Below, piece by piece: positions 28,589 to 37,677 of a DNA stretch of 64,000 nucleotides. Within the stretch, counting starts at the first letter, position 1, and each line of letters opens with the position of its first letter. Source of the DNA: Candidatus Latescibacterota bacterium (GTDB taxonomy: Bacteria > Latescibacterota > UBA2968 > GCA-2709665); the NCBI GenBank assembly GCA_965248435.1, contig OZ252100.1:4914102-4978101 (forward strand). Reading direction: 5' to 3'. The position numbers and the translations under genes are program-made. The notes beneath the pieces were generated by a model. That model saw only the letters and a program-made list of their open reading frames with translations. It was not told the origin of the DNA and ran no database searches.

Positions 28589-29425
28589 ATGGCGATCCAG
28601 ATCAAACCCTACATATGGGAAGGACCCTACGCGGAGATGCGGGCCTCCACGGGAAGCTATCACGATGTGGGGCTCTGCGCGGAGGTCCGGGCGGACTGGA
28701 TGAAGGAGGGGGAGCGGATCATCCTTCGGTCGAGCGAGATCGTCGGCTGGCCGGAGTCTTATTTCTACGATGACCACAAACGTCCGTCCGATCCGGGAGG
28801 ACGAGGCCAGGGATACAGCCACCGATCCTTTGAGTGGGACCGCGGGCAGACCCCGGACCGTCTGTCGGTCGATTGCGATATCGACGGAAAAGGGGGCTTC
28901 TCACTCAGCCTCCGGTGTGACCAGGATGTCCTGGATATCGAGCTGAGCGTCCGAAATGGCCTTCGGGGCGTTATGGGACCGATCGACTGGCACTTCTGCG
29001 CGATCGGATTCGACTGCCCGCCGATCGGTGATCCTGAACTCACACGCACCTTCCTGTTCGACGGGGAGCGGCTGCGCTCTCTGCGTGAGCTGAGCGGCGC
29101 GCCGGAGTGTGAGATCTATTCGGTGACCGGGTCGGATGGTTTCGTCCCTGCGATTCACAGATCGCACCCGCGAGGCCCCGTGGACGCCGAGGCCTCCGTC
29201 GTCGTCCTGGAATCGGGCTGCGGTCGCTACGCGGCGGCGCTCGGGTTTGCGCAGGCCTACAATATCTTCAGCAACCCGCACAATATGTGCTTTCACGCCG
29301 ATCCCTATTTCGGGACCCTTGCAGGTCGGGGAGAGGAACGACAGATGAAAGGGCGCCTCTACCTGATCGAAGGCAATGCCACGGATGCCTTTGACCGGTA
29401 TCGCAGCGACTTTATCCATGAGTAA
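28589..29425 (+). CDS. conserved hypothetical protein
   Basis: 278 aa with coding-like composition. Its stop overlaps the start of the LarA-like gene. No family recognised. Confidence 0.4.
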   Translation: MAIQIKPYIWEGPYAEMRASTGSYHDVGLCAEVRADWMKEGERIILRSSEIVGWPESYFYDDHKRPSDPGGRGQGYSHRSFEWDRGQTPDRLSVDCDIDGKGGFSLSLRCDQDVLDIELSVRNGLRGVMGPIDWHFCAIGFDCPPIGDPELTRTFLFDGERLRSLRELSGAPECEIYSVTGSDGFVPAIHRSHPRGPVDAEASVVVLESGCGRYAAALGFAQAYNIFSNPHNMCFHADPYFGTLAGRGEERQMKGRLYLIEGNATDAFDRYRSDFIHE

Positions 29426-30692
29426 AAAGAAACCCTTTCCCATCGCGTATGGCCGGGGCGAGCTCCCGCTTCGGATCGATCCTGAGCTCGCCAGGGCCTT
29501 GAGGCCGGTCTCCCGGCCGGCCCTTTTGAACGCCCAGGGGCGATTCCAGGAGGCCTGTCGGCATCCGGTAGAGACACCACCCCTTCGAGGGGTCGTCGGT
29601 CCTGGCGACCGGGTGGTGATCGTGACGTCTGACAAGACCCGCCCGGTCCCGAACCGGCTCCTGATTCCCTGGATCCTGGAGGAGATTCCCGTCCCCGACG
29701 ACAAGGTTACGGTGCTCCTCGGAAACGGGTCTCACGGCGCCAATTCTCCCGACGAGATTACGGAGATGTTTGGCGAGGCGGTGGCGGAGCGGGTGGAGAT
29801 ACGCAACCACGATGCCTTCGATCCGTCGCAGAACAGAAACGTCGGAAAGACGGGCGATGGGACCGAGGTCTGGATGGACAGGGTTTACTTGGAGGCGGAC
29901 AGGCGGATCGTCGTAGGATTTATCGAGCCGCACTTCTTCGCGGGGTTTTCAGGCGGTGGAAAAGGGGTCGTCCCTGGCGTGGCGGGTATCGATACGATCC
30001 TGTCGCTTCACCGCGCAGACCTGATCGCACATCCAAAGAGTACGTGGGGCGAGCTGGAAGGGAATCCTATTCAGAATGAAATTGCGGATGCCGTATCCCT
30101 CGCGCCGCCTGACTTTATGGTGAACGTCACACTCAACTCGGAGAAAGAGATCACCGAGTTCTTCGTCGGGGATTATCAGGCCGCCCATCGGCAGGGGTGT
30201 TCCTCGGTAAAGGCGTCGGCGATGGTTCCGGTGTCGGAACCGGTCCCGATCGTGGTGACGTCGAACGGCGGGTATCCACTCGATCTGAACCTGTATCAGA
30301 CGGTGAAGGGCATCTCCGCTGCCGACAGGATCGTGGAAAAGGGGGGGACGATTCTTGTGGCGAGCGAATGCAGCGACGGGGTCCCGGATCACGGCAATTT
30401 CGCTGAATTGATGCGAAGCGGCACGTCCCCGAAGGAGGTGCTCCAGTGGGTCCACGCGCAGGATCGCCCCGTTCAGGACCAGTGGCAGGCGCAGATCCTG
30501 GCCGGCATCCTGGAAAGGGTCGAGGTGATCCTGTATTCAGGTCTGGCACCCGGGGAGGTCGAAGGGTGTAAGCTCGGCTCGACGGACGATCTGGAGGCAT
30601 GCCTCGACAGCCGACTGGCGCGCGCCGCGAATCCATCTGTCGCCGTTCTGCCCTACGGACCTCTGACCATACCCTACTTAGAGGGAAAGTAA
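29418..30692 (+). CDS. LarA-like nickel-pincer (NPN) cofactor-dependent racemase/epimerase (DUF2088 N-terminal domain)
   Basis: ATG at 29418 (MSKKKPFPIAYGRGELP) overlaps the upstream stop. LarA-like N-terminal domain with conserved His/Lys positions. Confidence 0.65.
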   Translation: MSKKKPFPIAYGRGELPLRIDPELARALRPVSRPALLNAQGRFQEACRHPVETPPLRGVVGPGDRVVIVTSDKTRPVPNRLLIPWILEEIPVPDDKVTVLLGNGSHGANSPDEITEMFGEAVAERVEIRNHDAFDPSQNRNVGKTGDGTEVWMDRVYLEADRRIVVGFIEPHFFAGFSGGGKGVVPGVAGIDTILSLHRADLIAHPKSTWGELEGNPIQNEIADAVSLAPPDFMVNVTLNSEKEITEFFVGDYQAAHRQGCSSVKASAMVPVSEPVPIVVTSNGGYPLDLNLYQTVKGISAADRIVEKGGTILVASECSDGVPDHGNFAELMRSGTSPKEVLQWVHAQDRPVQDQWQAQILAGILERVEVILYSGLAPGEVEGCKLGSTDDLEACLDSRLARAANPSVAVLPYGPLTIPYLEGK

Positions 30693-30715
30693 CGGCATCT
30701 GGAAATCGAGAAAAA

Positions 30716-30754
30716 CCCCGCACTTACACTAGGTAAGTGTGGGGTTTTTTTTAT
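30716..30754 (+). terminator. rho-independent terminator
   Basis: ccccgcacttacac-tagg-gtaagtgtgggg stem followed by T8, 24 nt after the LarA stop. Confidence 0.75.
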
Positions 30755-30769
30755 CAAGTAGGGACAAGT

Positions 30770-31011
30770 GGGTAGAAGTGGGCCTGGTTTTGGAAAGGTT
30801 TTTGGAAAGGTTTCTACTCAACGTAGTCAATGAGGTGATCGTAGCTTTGTGGGATCAGATGCCCGTAGAAGTCCTGAGTGATTGTAACGCTGGCGTGCCC
30901 AAGCCAAGCACTCACGATCTGGATACTCACCTTCCCCGAGGACAGAAGGTGGGCTGAAAACGTGTGACGAAGCATGTGCCAGTGTCCTTTCATCCCGCGC
31001 CGACGACACAC
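30770..31011 (-). pseudogene. tyrosine recombinase (phage-integrase type) C-terminal fragment
   Basis: Only box II and the catalytic tyrosine region remain ('WHMLRHTFSAHLL...LGHASVTITQDFYGHL'). No N-terminal domain. It abuts the IS3 remnant. Confidence 0.5.
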
Positions 31012-31039
31012 GGCCTTGAAGTGAATCGCTTTCCGGAGG

Positions 31040-31620
31040 CTCGTTTAGTTGAGTCCAGCCAGCATTGGCCGGGCTTCCTGCTCGTGGTAGTGTAGCCGTT
31101 CGAGCTCGACGGGTGGGATATCCCCGATGGGCCCCAGAGTCGTCTGTTGTTGAACCAGTCTACCCACTCGAGTGTCGCATATTCAACCTGATCGAGGTTC
31201 CGCCAGGGCCCTCGTCGACGAAGTCCACAATCACTTCGGTCGGCGGTCGAGCTCCGCCTGTGCGAAATAGGCCGACGCCTTGCGAAGGATCTCGTTCGCC
31301 CGCCGCAACTCTCGGTTCTCGCGCTGCAGTTCTTTGAGTTGCGCCCGTTCGCTGCTTGTCACGCCGCCTCGACGTCCCGTGTTCACCTCGGTCCGACGTA
31401 CCCACTTCCGGAGCGTCTCAGCCGCGCAGCCAATTTTGCCCGCGATCGAATAGATGGCCTCCCACTGGGAGGCGTGTTCGTCAGTGTGCTCGAACACCAT
31501 CCGAACCGCCCGTTCTCGAACCTCTGGAGAATACCTCTTCACGTTTGTCATGACTCTATCCTCTCAAGAAATAGAGTCTCCGTCAAGTCCGGGGCGATTC
31601 ACCGCGCGCACGGTTGTGTT
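31040..31620 (-). mobile_element. internally deleted IS3-family element (orfA plus the last ~55 codons of orfB)
   Basis: orfA at 31231..31551 is intact. Immediately downstream, a different frame encodes 'EYATLEWVDWFNNRRLWGPIGDIPPVELERLHYHEQEARPMLAGLN*', the conserved OrfB C-terminus. The DDE core is missing. Confidence 0.6.
31231..31551 (-). CDS. IS3-family transposase OrfA
   Basis: 106 aa, '[22 protein letters not shown]...'. HTH plus leucine zipper. Confidence 0.65.
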   Translation of the reverse strand: MTNVKRYSPEVRERAVRMVFEHTDEHASQWEAIYSIAGKIGCAAETLRKWVRRTEVNTGRRGGVTSSERAQLKELQRENRELRRANEILRKASAYFAQAELDRRPK

Positions 31621-31633
31621 AAATGCCCGTACT

Positions 31634-32520
31634 CTATTTTGACTCACCAAGATGCATCAACGGCAGAGGCATGGGGCTGTCACTGTTGATGAAATACACC
31701 TTGGCTGCTGGATCTTTGGAGATGGCTTTAAGCGCTTCCAGCGCCTGGAGTTTGACGTAGTTAGGGTTCTTGCCGATGGCCGCGTTGATTTTCTCGATTT
31801 CGTAGGCCTGGACATCTGCCAGTACGCGGCGCTGGGCGGCCTGTTCTTCAGCTGCACCGCGTTCCGCCTTTGCTGCTGCTATTTTCTGTTGTTGCTCTGT
31901 GCGGAAACGCTCCAGTTCTGCCTTCTGCTTCTCAACTTCCTGTTCGCGCTCCTTTTTTGACTCAATCGCCTTTGTGATAAAGGGGGGTAGGGCAATATCG
32001 CGAAGGAGCACAGCCCCCACATCTATTCCCTCCGGACCCAGATAATCGCGCAGTCCTTCCAGCAGTGCAGTCTGCAAGGTGACCTGGGCTTGCTCAAGAA
32101 AGAAGTCCTCGGCGCGTTTGACCGCTTTGCCCTGTTCACGTATCAGGGAACGCAGCTTCGGGATGATATGCACTCTGACGACGTCTTCCGCGGTGCCGGT
32201 CTCCTTCAGGATGCGCGGGGCATCTTTGCGCATGAGACGATACTGCACGCTGACATCAATCTTGGTCTGTAACTGGTCCTGGCTGGGGACGCTTGCCCGC
32301 TCCAAATGGGTCTTCTGGCGTACGTCATACAGATGCCAGGCATAGAGCGGATTGACGGGAATATGCAACCCTGCCTCATAAGGCTTCGGCTTCACACTCC
32401 CGAACAGTGTCGCGACCGCTACATGCCCGCTGGAATGCTTTGGTAAAATTTGCTGCCAAAGAATAAGACAATGATCACTATCACGATTGTAACAATGAGA
32501 GACTTCGGGATCTGATCCAT
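31634..32520 (-). pseudogene. SPFH/band-7 (prohibitin/HflKC-like) membrane protein with a frameshift
   Basis: The ORF 31634..32395 lacks an N-terminus. Upstream, another frame encodes 'MMDQIPKSLIVTIVIVIIVLFFGSKFYQSIPAG' (TM anchor). Shifting one nucleotide near 32437 gives 'HVAVATLFGSVKPKPYEAGLHIP', a contiguous SPFH N-terminus. Confidence 0.55.
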
Positions 32521-32782
32521 CATTGTTTCCTCCTGAAAGGGTTAACGTGAATACCGACTCGAACCTTACCCAAAATACAAACTATCATATCAGGGTAGAA
32601 CCTGCAATGTAGGCAAACGCTGCCCGACCATCCACAAGTTCGATGACCTCTTCCAGGCAAGGCATCCGAAAGTGTTGGTTGCTGTAGTGGGACCGTGGAG
32701 AACTACGGGTAGAATTATAAAATCACGCCCACACAGCTTGCTGGGCTATAGGCCGCCGGCGCCTGAAACGGTCTCAGAACCG

Positions 32783-33007
32783 CTAGTCGCAACCGCATCC
32801 TAACTCTGGACGTGGATACATAGGTGGGGGCAGGTCACCCACCAGTTCCGAATTCTTGAGCGATTCAAATTGGCTGACTGGGCGAGCACCCACCTTTTCC
32901 CTGAAGGAAGCAACTTTTGGAGGCTCGTTCGACTCCGACAGAGCACCCATTGTCCCCGGGTCCATACAAAGATAATCAATACCACACAGAGACAAAACCT
33001 GTTCCAC
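32783..33007 (-). CDS. small hypothetical protein (74 aa, C-terminal CGCD)
   Basis: An ORF in a low-GC spacer of the island. No recognisable family. May be spurious. Confidence 0.15.
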   Translation of the reverse strand: MEQVLSLCGIDYLCMDPGTMGALSESNEPPKVASFREKVGARPVSQFESLKNSELVGDLPPPMYPRPELGCGCD

Positions 33008-33108
33008 ACCCTCCGGGCAAGTGATCCCCTCGTTTGGGAACGACGACGGGCGCTCAACATGTCAAATACACGCTGTGCCCTCTGTGGTTCTGCAGAATAT
33101 GTTGTGTC

Positions 33109-33771
33109 TTACTCCTCGAAGGGAAAGTAGTCGAGGACGTCGTACTCCCACACATTGGTGGGAAAGATTACGACCAGTTCGGCCAAGTCCTCGCCCAAGT
33201 TCTTGAATGAGTGGGGGACCATAGGAGGAATATTGACGATATAGGGGGCTTCCAATGTGAACACCGAATCGCCCAGCGCGTAAAGGATGGTCCCCTCCAA
33301 CAGGACGTGCGCTTCTTCCCCTACGTGCGTGTGCATCGGAGGTGCACCTCCGGGGGCCGTATAGGTGATGCCCACGGTCAGGTTCTGATAGCCGTGCCGC
33401 TGCCCTTCCATGACGTGCACATATTCGCCCGGCCCTGGGTTGATGACGACGAGTTCTTTCTTCTCAAGAGCAAACTCGCCCACCAATGTCATAGCCGGGG
33501 ACTTGAAGTCACCGGGGATCCTGCGGGTTTCGATAATGCCGTGGGGGTGATGTTGTGCATGCAACTGCTTTCTCGCTTCATCAATCGAGCTGATTAGTTC
33601 TCCGTGTGTGATCGTCTGTCCTAGCTTGGCGTCCTCGGGTGAATACGTAACAGTCGGTTCCGGTGGCAGCGTGGAGGATTTATCTTTCGCGTCGGACGGC
33701 TCTAAGTAAGCCAAGCCAACGATGCCTATGAGGATGAAGCTAACGACAATACGTGGTGTATACCTGTGCAT
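33109..33771 (-). CDS. secreted cupin-2 domain protein (cassette-like)
   Basis: Signal peptide 'MHRYTPRIVVSFILIGIVGLAYLEPSDA'. Cupin motifs 'HTHVGEEAHVLLEGT' and 'PPMVPHSFKN'. Confidence 0.55.
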   Translation of the reverse strand: MHRYTPRIVVSFILIGIVGLAYLEPSDAKDKSSTLPPEPTVTYSPEDAKLGQTITHGELISSIDEARKQLHAQHHPHGIIETRRIPGDFKSPAMTLVGEFALEKKELVVINPGPGEYVHVMEGQRHGYQNLTVGITYTAPGGAPPMHTHVGEEAHVLLEGTILYALGDSVFTLEAPYIVNIPPMVPHSFKNLGEDLAELVVIFPTNVWEYDVLDYFPFEE

Positions 33772-33821
33772 GGTACCCTCCCTTTAGGGTATGGTGAAAG
33801 CACGGTCCTGGACCGCAATGG

Positions 33822-33908
33822 CAGGTAACGTTCTCGGCACCCACGAACCCGCGCAGCGGGTTGGGCGGAAGCCCGAATGGGCTGAAGCCGTGGGTGCTCG
33901 TGTTAGCG
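33822..33908. other. attC-like recombination site E1 (imperfect palindrome TAAC...GTTA)
   Basis: gcaggTAACgttctcGGCACCCACGaacc...GTGGGTGCtcgtGTTAgcgg. Internal inverted repeat GGCACCCACG/CGTGGGTGC. Lies between the cupin and APH cassettes. Confidence 0.55.
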
Positions 33909-33940
33909 GATGTCGCCGACGGAGCTGGCCTGGGAGGCTA

Positions 33941-34846
33941 TTAGAGTTTCGGCATAGGCCATTCGGCGATTGGCCTTCCCGACCAGGTTGACCGACTGAA
34001 GAATCGTCCACCCGCACGGTTGATGGAGCCGAACCACGCCTGGATCGCAATTCCCCAGAAATGCTCAAAGGATCTATCCTTCAGATTCAGATCAGCACGG
34101 TCGTAATGCGACAGGACCTCATCTACGAACACCTCGCCGTACACCCAGAAACCATAGAAGTCCTTGGCCGGGTCAGTGATTTCGATGTCGCCCCAGTCTA
34201 TGATCCCGGTCAGCTTTCCTGAAGAAGGATCGTGGTAGATGTGCTTGTACCATAGATCATTGTGAGCCAGCACTGGTACGAATGCGTGATCAATGCTCTC
34301 ACTTCTTTCGATCCAGGAACCGAAGACATCCCGAACCTCTGGCTCAAGTTCGTCGGCCCGATCTGCGAAGACCTTCTTGGCCTCCGACCGGTAAAACAGG
34401 GACCTGTCGCCATCCACCACACCAACACTCCGAGCCTCCGAGACTGGATAACTGTGAAGTTCGTTGAGGAAGACGCCAAGCCTGCTTGCCGCTTCTGCCC
34501 TCCTGAATCTTGGTAGCCTGGAGAATCGCCAAGGTGAGAGCCGCGTTCCTTGAATTGCCTTATATCCAGCGAAATCCGACGCGCTGGGAATAAAGGTGTA
34601 ATCCGGAACTGGGATGCTATTAATCTCACGCCTGATGGCGCTGAGCACCGTCCGCTCCCGCGGAAGGCTCAGCCCTGTGTCCGCTACATCATTCAGAAAA
34701 CGAAAGGCAATCCCGTTGTCTAGCAGGATCATTACATGATCAGGGTATTTGTGGGTCTGAGCTCTCCGGTATTTTGACCACCTGAGTTTGGGGAACGAGT
34801 CCTTGATCCTCTGCAGATAGTAGTTTGTATCGTAGGGAGTCGTCAC
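33941..34846 (-). CDS. aminoglycoside phosphotransferase (APH) family kinase, cassette
   Basis: Brenner motif 'LAHNDLWYKHI' and 'IDWGDIEITDP'. Start set at the in-frame GTG at 34846. The listed ORF start at 34915 lies inside element E2. Confidence 0.6.
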   Translation of the reverse strand: MTTPYDTNYYLQRIKDSFPKLRWSKYRRAQTHKYPDHVMILLDNGIAFRFLNDVADTGLSLPRERTVLSAIRREINSIPVPDYTFIPSASDFAGYKAIQGTRLSPWRFSRLPRFRRAEAASRLGVFLNELHSYPVSEARSVGVVDGDRSLFYRSEAKKVFADRADELEPEVRDVFGSWIERSESIDHAFVPVLAHNDLWYKHIYHDPSSGKLTGIIDWGDIEITDPAKDFYGFWVYGEVFVDEVLSHYDRADLNLKDRSFEHFWGIAIQAWFGSINRAGGRFFSRSTWSGRPIAEWPMPKL

Positions 34847-34892
34847 GAGATCTCCAGGATCAAAGTGGACCCTAACACAAAGGCGGCGATTT

Positions 34893-34980
34893 CCGCTAAC
34901 GTTCTCGGCACCCACGAACCCGCCGCAGGGGGTTGGGCGAAGGCCGGATGGCCTGAGCCGTGCACGGTCGTGTTAGAGGC
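34893..34980. other. attC-like recombination site E2
   Basis: ccgcTAACgttctcGGCACCCACGaacc...CGTGcacggtcgtGTTAgagg. Same architecture as E1 and E3. Confidence 0.5.
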
Positions 34981-35024
34981 CGTGCGGCCCGGGGCAGGAA
35001 GGGGTTCTCAAGACCTGATCAAGA

Positions 35025-36482
35025 TTAAACCGACTCCGGACCAATCTCTATGGGCAAGCTAATCGTTACTGTCGTACCTTTTCCTACCTCGCTCTCCATC
35101 TTGATCCTCCCCTTGTGATCCTGGATAATCCTGTAGTCCGTAGACAATCCTAAACCCATTTTCACCCGAAGATCGGTGGCCTGAAAATCAACATCGAAGA
35201 TGCGTTCTAACTGCTCCGGTGGAATTCCCACGCCCGTGTCGCTGATCCGGACACAGACCTTGTCGTCCTCCTCAAAGGTGCTGACTCTTATTTCCCCAGT
35301 TTCCTCGATAGCCTGGAGCGCGTTCTTGAGCAGGTGCATGAAGACCTGGTTCAGTTGTCCGGGAGAACAGTAGATCGGCGGGATGTTCCCGTATTTCTTG
35401 ACCACGGTGATGTTTTCGCCTATCCGGTTTTGTAGCAGCGTCAGGGCGCTGTCGATCCCCGCGTGAAGGTCTACCACCTGGAACTCGGCTTCGTCCAGTC
35501 GTGCGAAATTTCGCAGACTGCCCACAATGCTGCTCAACCGTTCGGCACCGCTTGCCATCACCCGGTTGGCATCGGCTATTGCCTTGAACACCGATTGAAT
35601 GGTCCGATTATCTTTATACTCTCCGGGAAAGGTCATCTCCAGCGTTTGTTTCAGTTTACCTATAGCCCGTACCTGAGTATCGTGCATACTCGTAATAGCG
35701 CCAAGAGGCGTATTCATCTCGTGAGCCACACCGGCTATCAGACTACCCAGAGAGGCCATTTTCTCCTGCATGATAAGCTGACTCTGTGTCTCTTTGAGCT
35801 GATGCAGGGCATCTTCCAGGGCTCGGTTCTGTTCTTCCAGATACTGGAAATCGAGGGTTCGGAGATACGCCAGCGACAGCGCGTCGGTCCATTCCTCTAT
35901 TTTGATCAAGTGTTCTGGATCGGTTCCCCGGTGGCGAATCCCGATCCAACCGTACTCAAACGGCACGTTGGTAATAACCCATCCTTCACTCCCAAAAAAC
36001 GGCAGTTGTCGGTCGAAGCCCATCAGCTCGTGAAAAGGCTGCATTTCCGCTTTGTCCTCCTCCGAACTCCGCGCAATAGACCAGACCTTGCCCTCGCGCC
36101 ACTGACCCAGATCCTCCTCCCAATCAGCCGTAATGGGGACTTCCAATGCCGAAACGGTGGTTGTTTCGTCGATCTCCTTGAGTTCGGGAGAGGTCCACGA
36201 GATGCCATATTGCCGGGGATTTTCCAGGGCGGCGTACCACAGAATGCGGCCTTTGTCCTCGTCGACGAAGAAAAAGCCACACCCTGGTGCCTCTATATCC
36301 AGCCGCGAAAGCTCCTTGAACATCACCAGGATCACCTGGAGAAGGTCCTCCCTGGAACGCATGGACAGCACTTCGACCCGTATGCGTTCGATTGTTTTCT
36401 CCTGGGCTCGTTGTTGCCTAAGTTCGGCTAGTTCAATCCGGAGTTGCTCTTTGGACATCTCCATGTCTCTCATGCTAAACAA
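35025..36482 (-). CDS. cytoplasmic sensor histidine kinase (GAF-like N-terminus, HisKA, HATPase_c), cassette
   Basis: H-box 'AGVAHEMNTPL'. N, G1 and G2 boxes present ('LLKNAL', 'DTGVGI', 'GLGLS'). No TM segments. Confidence 0.75.
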   Translation of the reverse strand: MFSMRDMEMSKEQLRIELAELRQQRAQEKTIERIRVEVLSMRSREDLLQVILVMFKELSRLDIEAPGCGFFFVDEDKGRILWYAALENPRQYGISWTSPELKEIDETTTVSALEVPITADWEEDLGQWREGKVWSIARSSEEDKAEMQPFHELMGFDRQLPFFGSEGWVITNVPFEYGWIGIRHRGTDPEHLIKIEEWTDALSLAYLRTLDFQYLEEQNRALEDALHQLKETQSQLIMQEKMASLGSLIAGVAHEMNTPLGAITSMHDTQVRAIGKLKQTLEMTFPGEYKDNRTIQSVFKAIADANRVMASGAERLSSIVGSLRNFARLDEAEFQVVDLHAGIDSALTLLQNRIGENITVVKKYGNIPPIYCSPGQLNQVFMHLLKNALQAIEETGEIRVSTFEEDDKVCVRISDTGVGIPPEQLERIFDVDFQATDLRVKMGLGLSTDYRIIQDHKGRIKMESEVGKGTTVTISLPIEIGPESV

Positions 36483-36502
36483 CCTTGTTTTGGGCCGGAT
36501 GG

Positions 36503-36597
36503 CCTATAACGTTCCCGGCACCCACGAACCTGGCGAAGCCAGGTTGGGCGGAAGCCCGAATGGGCTGGAGCCGTGGGTGCTCGTGTTAACTGCAGTT
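36503..36597. other. attC-like recombination site E3
   Basis: ccTATAACgttcccGGCACCCACGaacc...GTGGGTGCtcgtGTTAACtgcagttgcgc. Confidence 0.55.
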
Positions 36598-36612
36598 GCG
36601 CAGACCGCTTTG

Positions 36613-37575
36613 TCAGATCTTCGCGATAATGGAATCTAAGTAATCGTCGAATCGACAAAACAGGACTTCCTGACCTGGGTCTTTTATGCCGTATTCAGTC
36701 CAAGGAGGATAAAATCCTGGCTTCGGAATCGCCCAATCCAGAATAGAATCTATCTCCCAGAATGAGTGATACAGGTAATGTGGAGCAGCGACCTTGTGGT
36801 ATTTCTCTCGGAAACTGCCTGCTATTTCGGGGCCGAACATCGTGGCAAGATTAATCTGACAATGAGCTACGTCCACGTTTGCGGGTCCCAGACAAGCGCC
36901 AACCCAATCGACGATCCCGGTCAGCTTTCCAGATACCCATAGGATGTTAACTGGATGGTAGTCGCGGTGGAGAAACACCTCGTCATAGGGAGGCGATTCT
37001 TCGAGTCTAATGTTGATTGCCTTCTCCCAAAGTTCAGATCGTTTCGACCAAGGTGGTACACAAAGTGTCTCGACTTCGGTATAGCTCTGGTAGTGCCATC
37101 TTACACCATAAACCGCGATACTATGAATAGTCGCCAAGGTCTCCGCTAGTTGGTCGAGCCAATGGTCCAAATTGGCCGGCTTTATGTTCACAGTTCCATC
37201 CAAACAGCTCATTAGAAGAGCGGGGTATCCGAAAACCGAAGTGTCTGCACTGTAATCGAGCAGATGAGGCGTTGGAAGGTCGGCAGAACTCAGCAATCGA
37301 AGCGCAGCCGCCTCCCGCACGATTGGATCTGGCTCCCTACCAAGCCGTTCCTCATCCACATAGAGACGTAATACATACCTTCTAGATTCACCTGCGACAT
37401 CTGCTTCCAGCAAGAAAACGGGTGAAGCGGGTCCGCAGATCAGTCTTTTGCTACTGGTCAATTTCGCGCTAGCGCCAATTGCTGAACTGATCCAGTCAGT
37501 AGCCGCACTATTGAGAATGAGTTCCGAACTCACAGCGACTCCAGAATCAAATAAGAAGGGGTTAGGGCTGCGCAA
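36613..37575 (-). CDS. APH-family phosphotransferase, cassette
   Basis: 'FLHRDYHPVNILW' and 'GIVDW' catalytic and Mg-binding motifs of the APH/choline-kinase fold. Confidence 0.6.
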   Translation of the reverse strand: MRSPNPFLFDSGVAVSSELILNSAATDWISSAIGASAKLTSSKRLICGPASPVFLLEADVAGESRRYVLRLYVDEERLGREPDPIVREAAALRLLSSADLPTPHLLDYSADTSVFGYPALLMSCLDGTVNIKPANLDHWLDQLAETLATIHSIAVYGVRWHYQSYTEVETLCVPPWSKRSELWEKAINIRLEESPPYDEVFLHRDYHPVNILWVSGKLTGIVDWVGACLGPANVDVAHCQINLATMFGPEIAGSFREKYHKVAAPHYLYHSFWEIDSILDWAIPKPGFYPPWTEYGIKDPGQEVLFCRFDDYLDSIIAKI

Positions 37576-37674
37576 TTGCAGTTAACGGTCTAGGCACTTG
37601 CGAACCCCGGAGGGGTTTGCCGAGGGCCGTCAGGCCCGAGCCGCAAGTGCCTTGTTAACTGCTGTTGCGCCCGG
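37566..37674. other. attC-like recombination site E4
   Basis: GGGCTGCGCAATTGCAGTTAACggtctaGGCACTTGCGaacc...CGCAAGTGCCttGTTAACTGCTGTTGCGCCCGGG. The extended terminal palindrome matches the ends of E3 and E5. Confidence 0.55.
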
Positions 37675-37677
37675 GTG

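Noticed and set aside
30770-31011. Left-hand recombinase fragment as a second integron integrase
   Set aside because: It lacks the IntI-type C-terminal SPLD-like motif and looks like a generic phage integrase C-terminus. Treated as an island-border remnant only.
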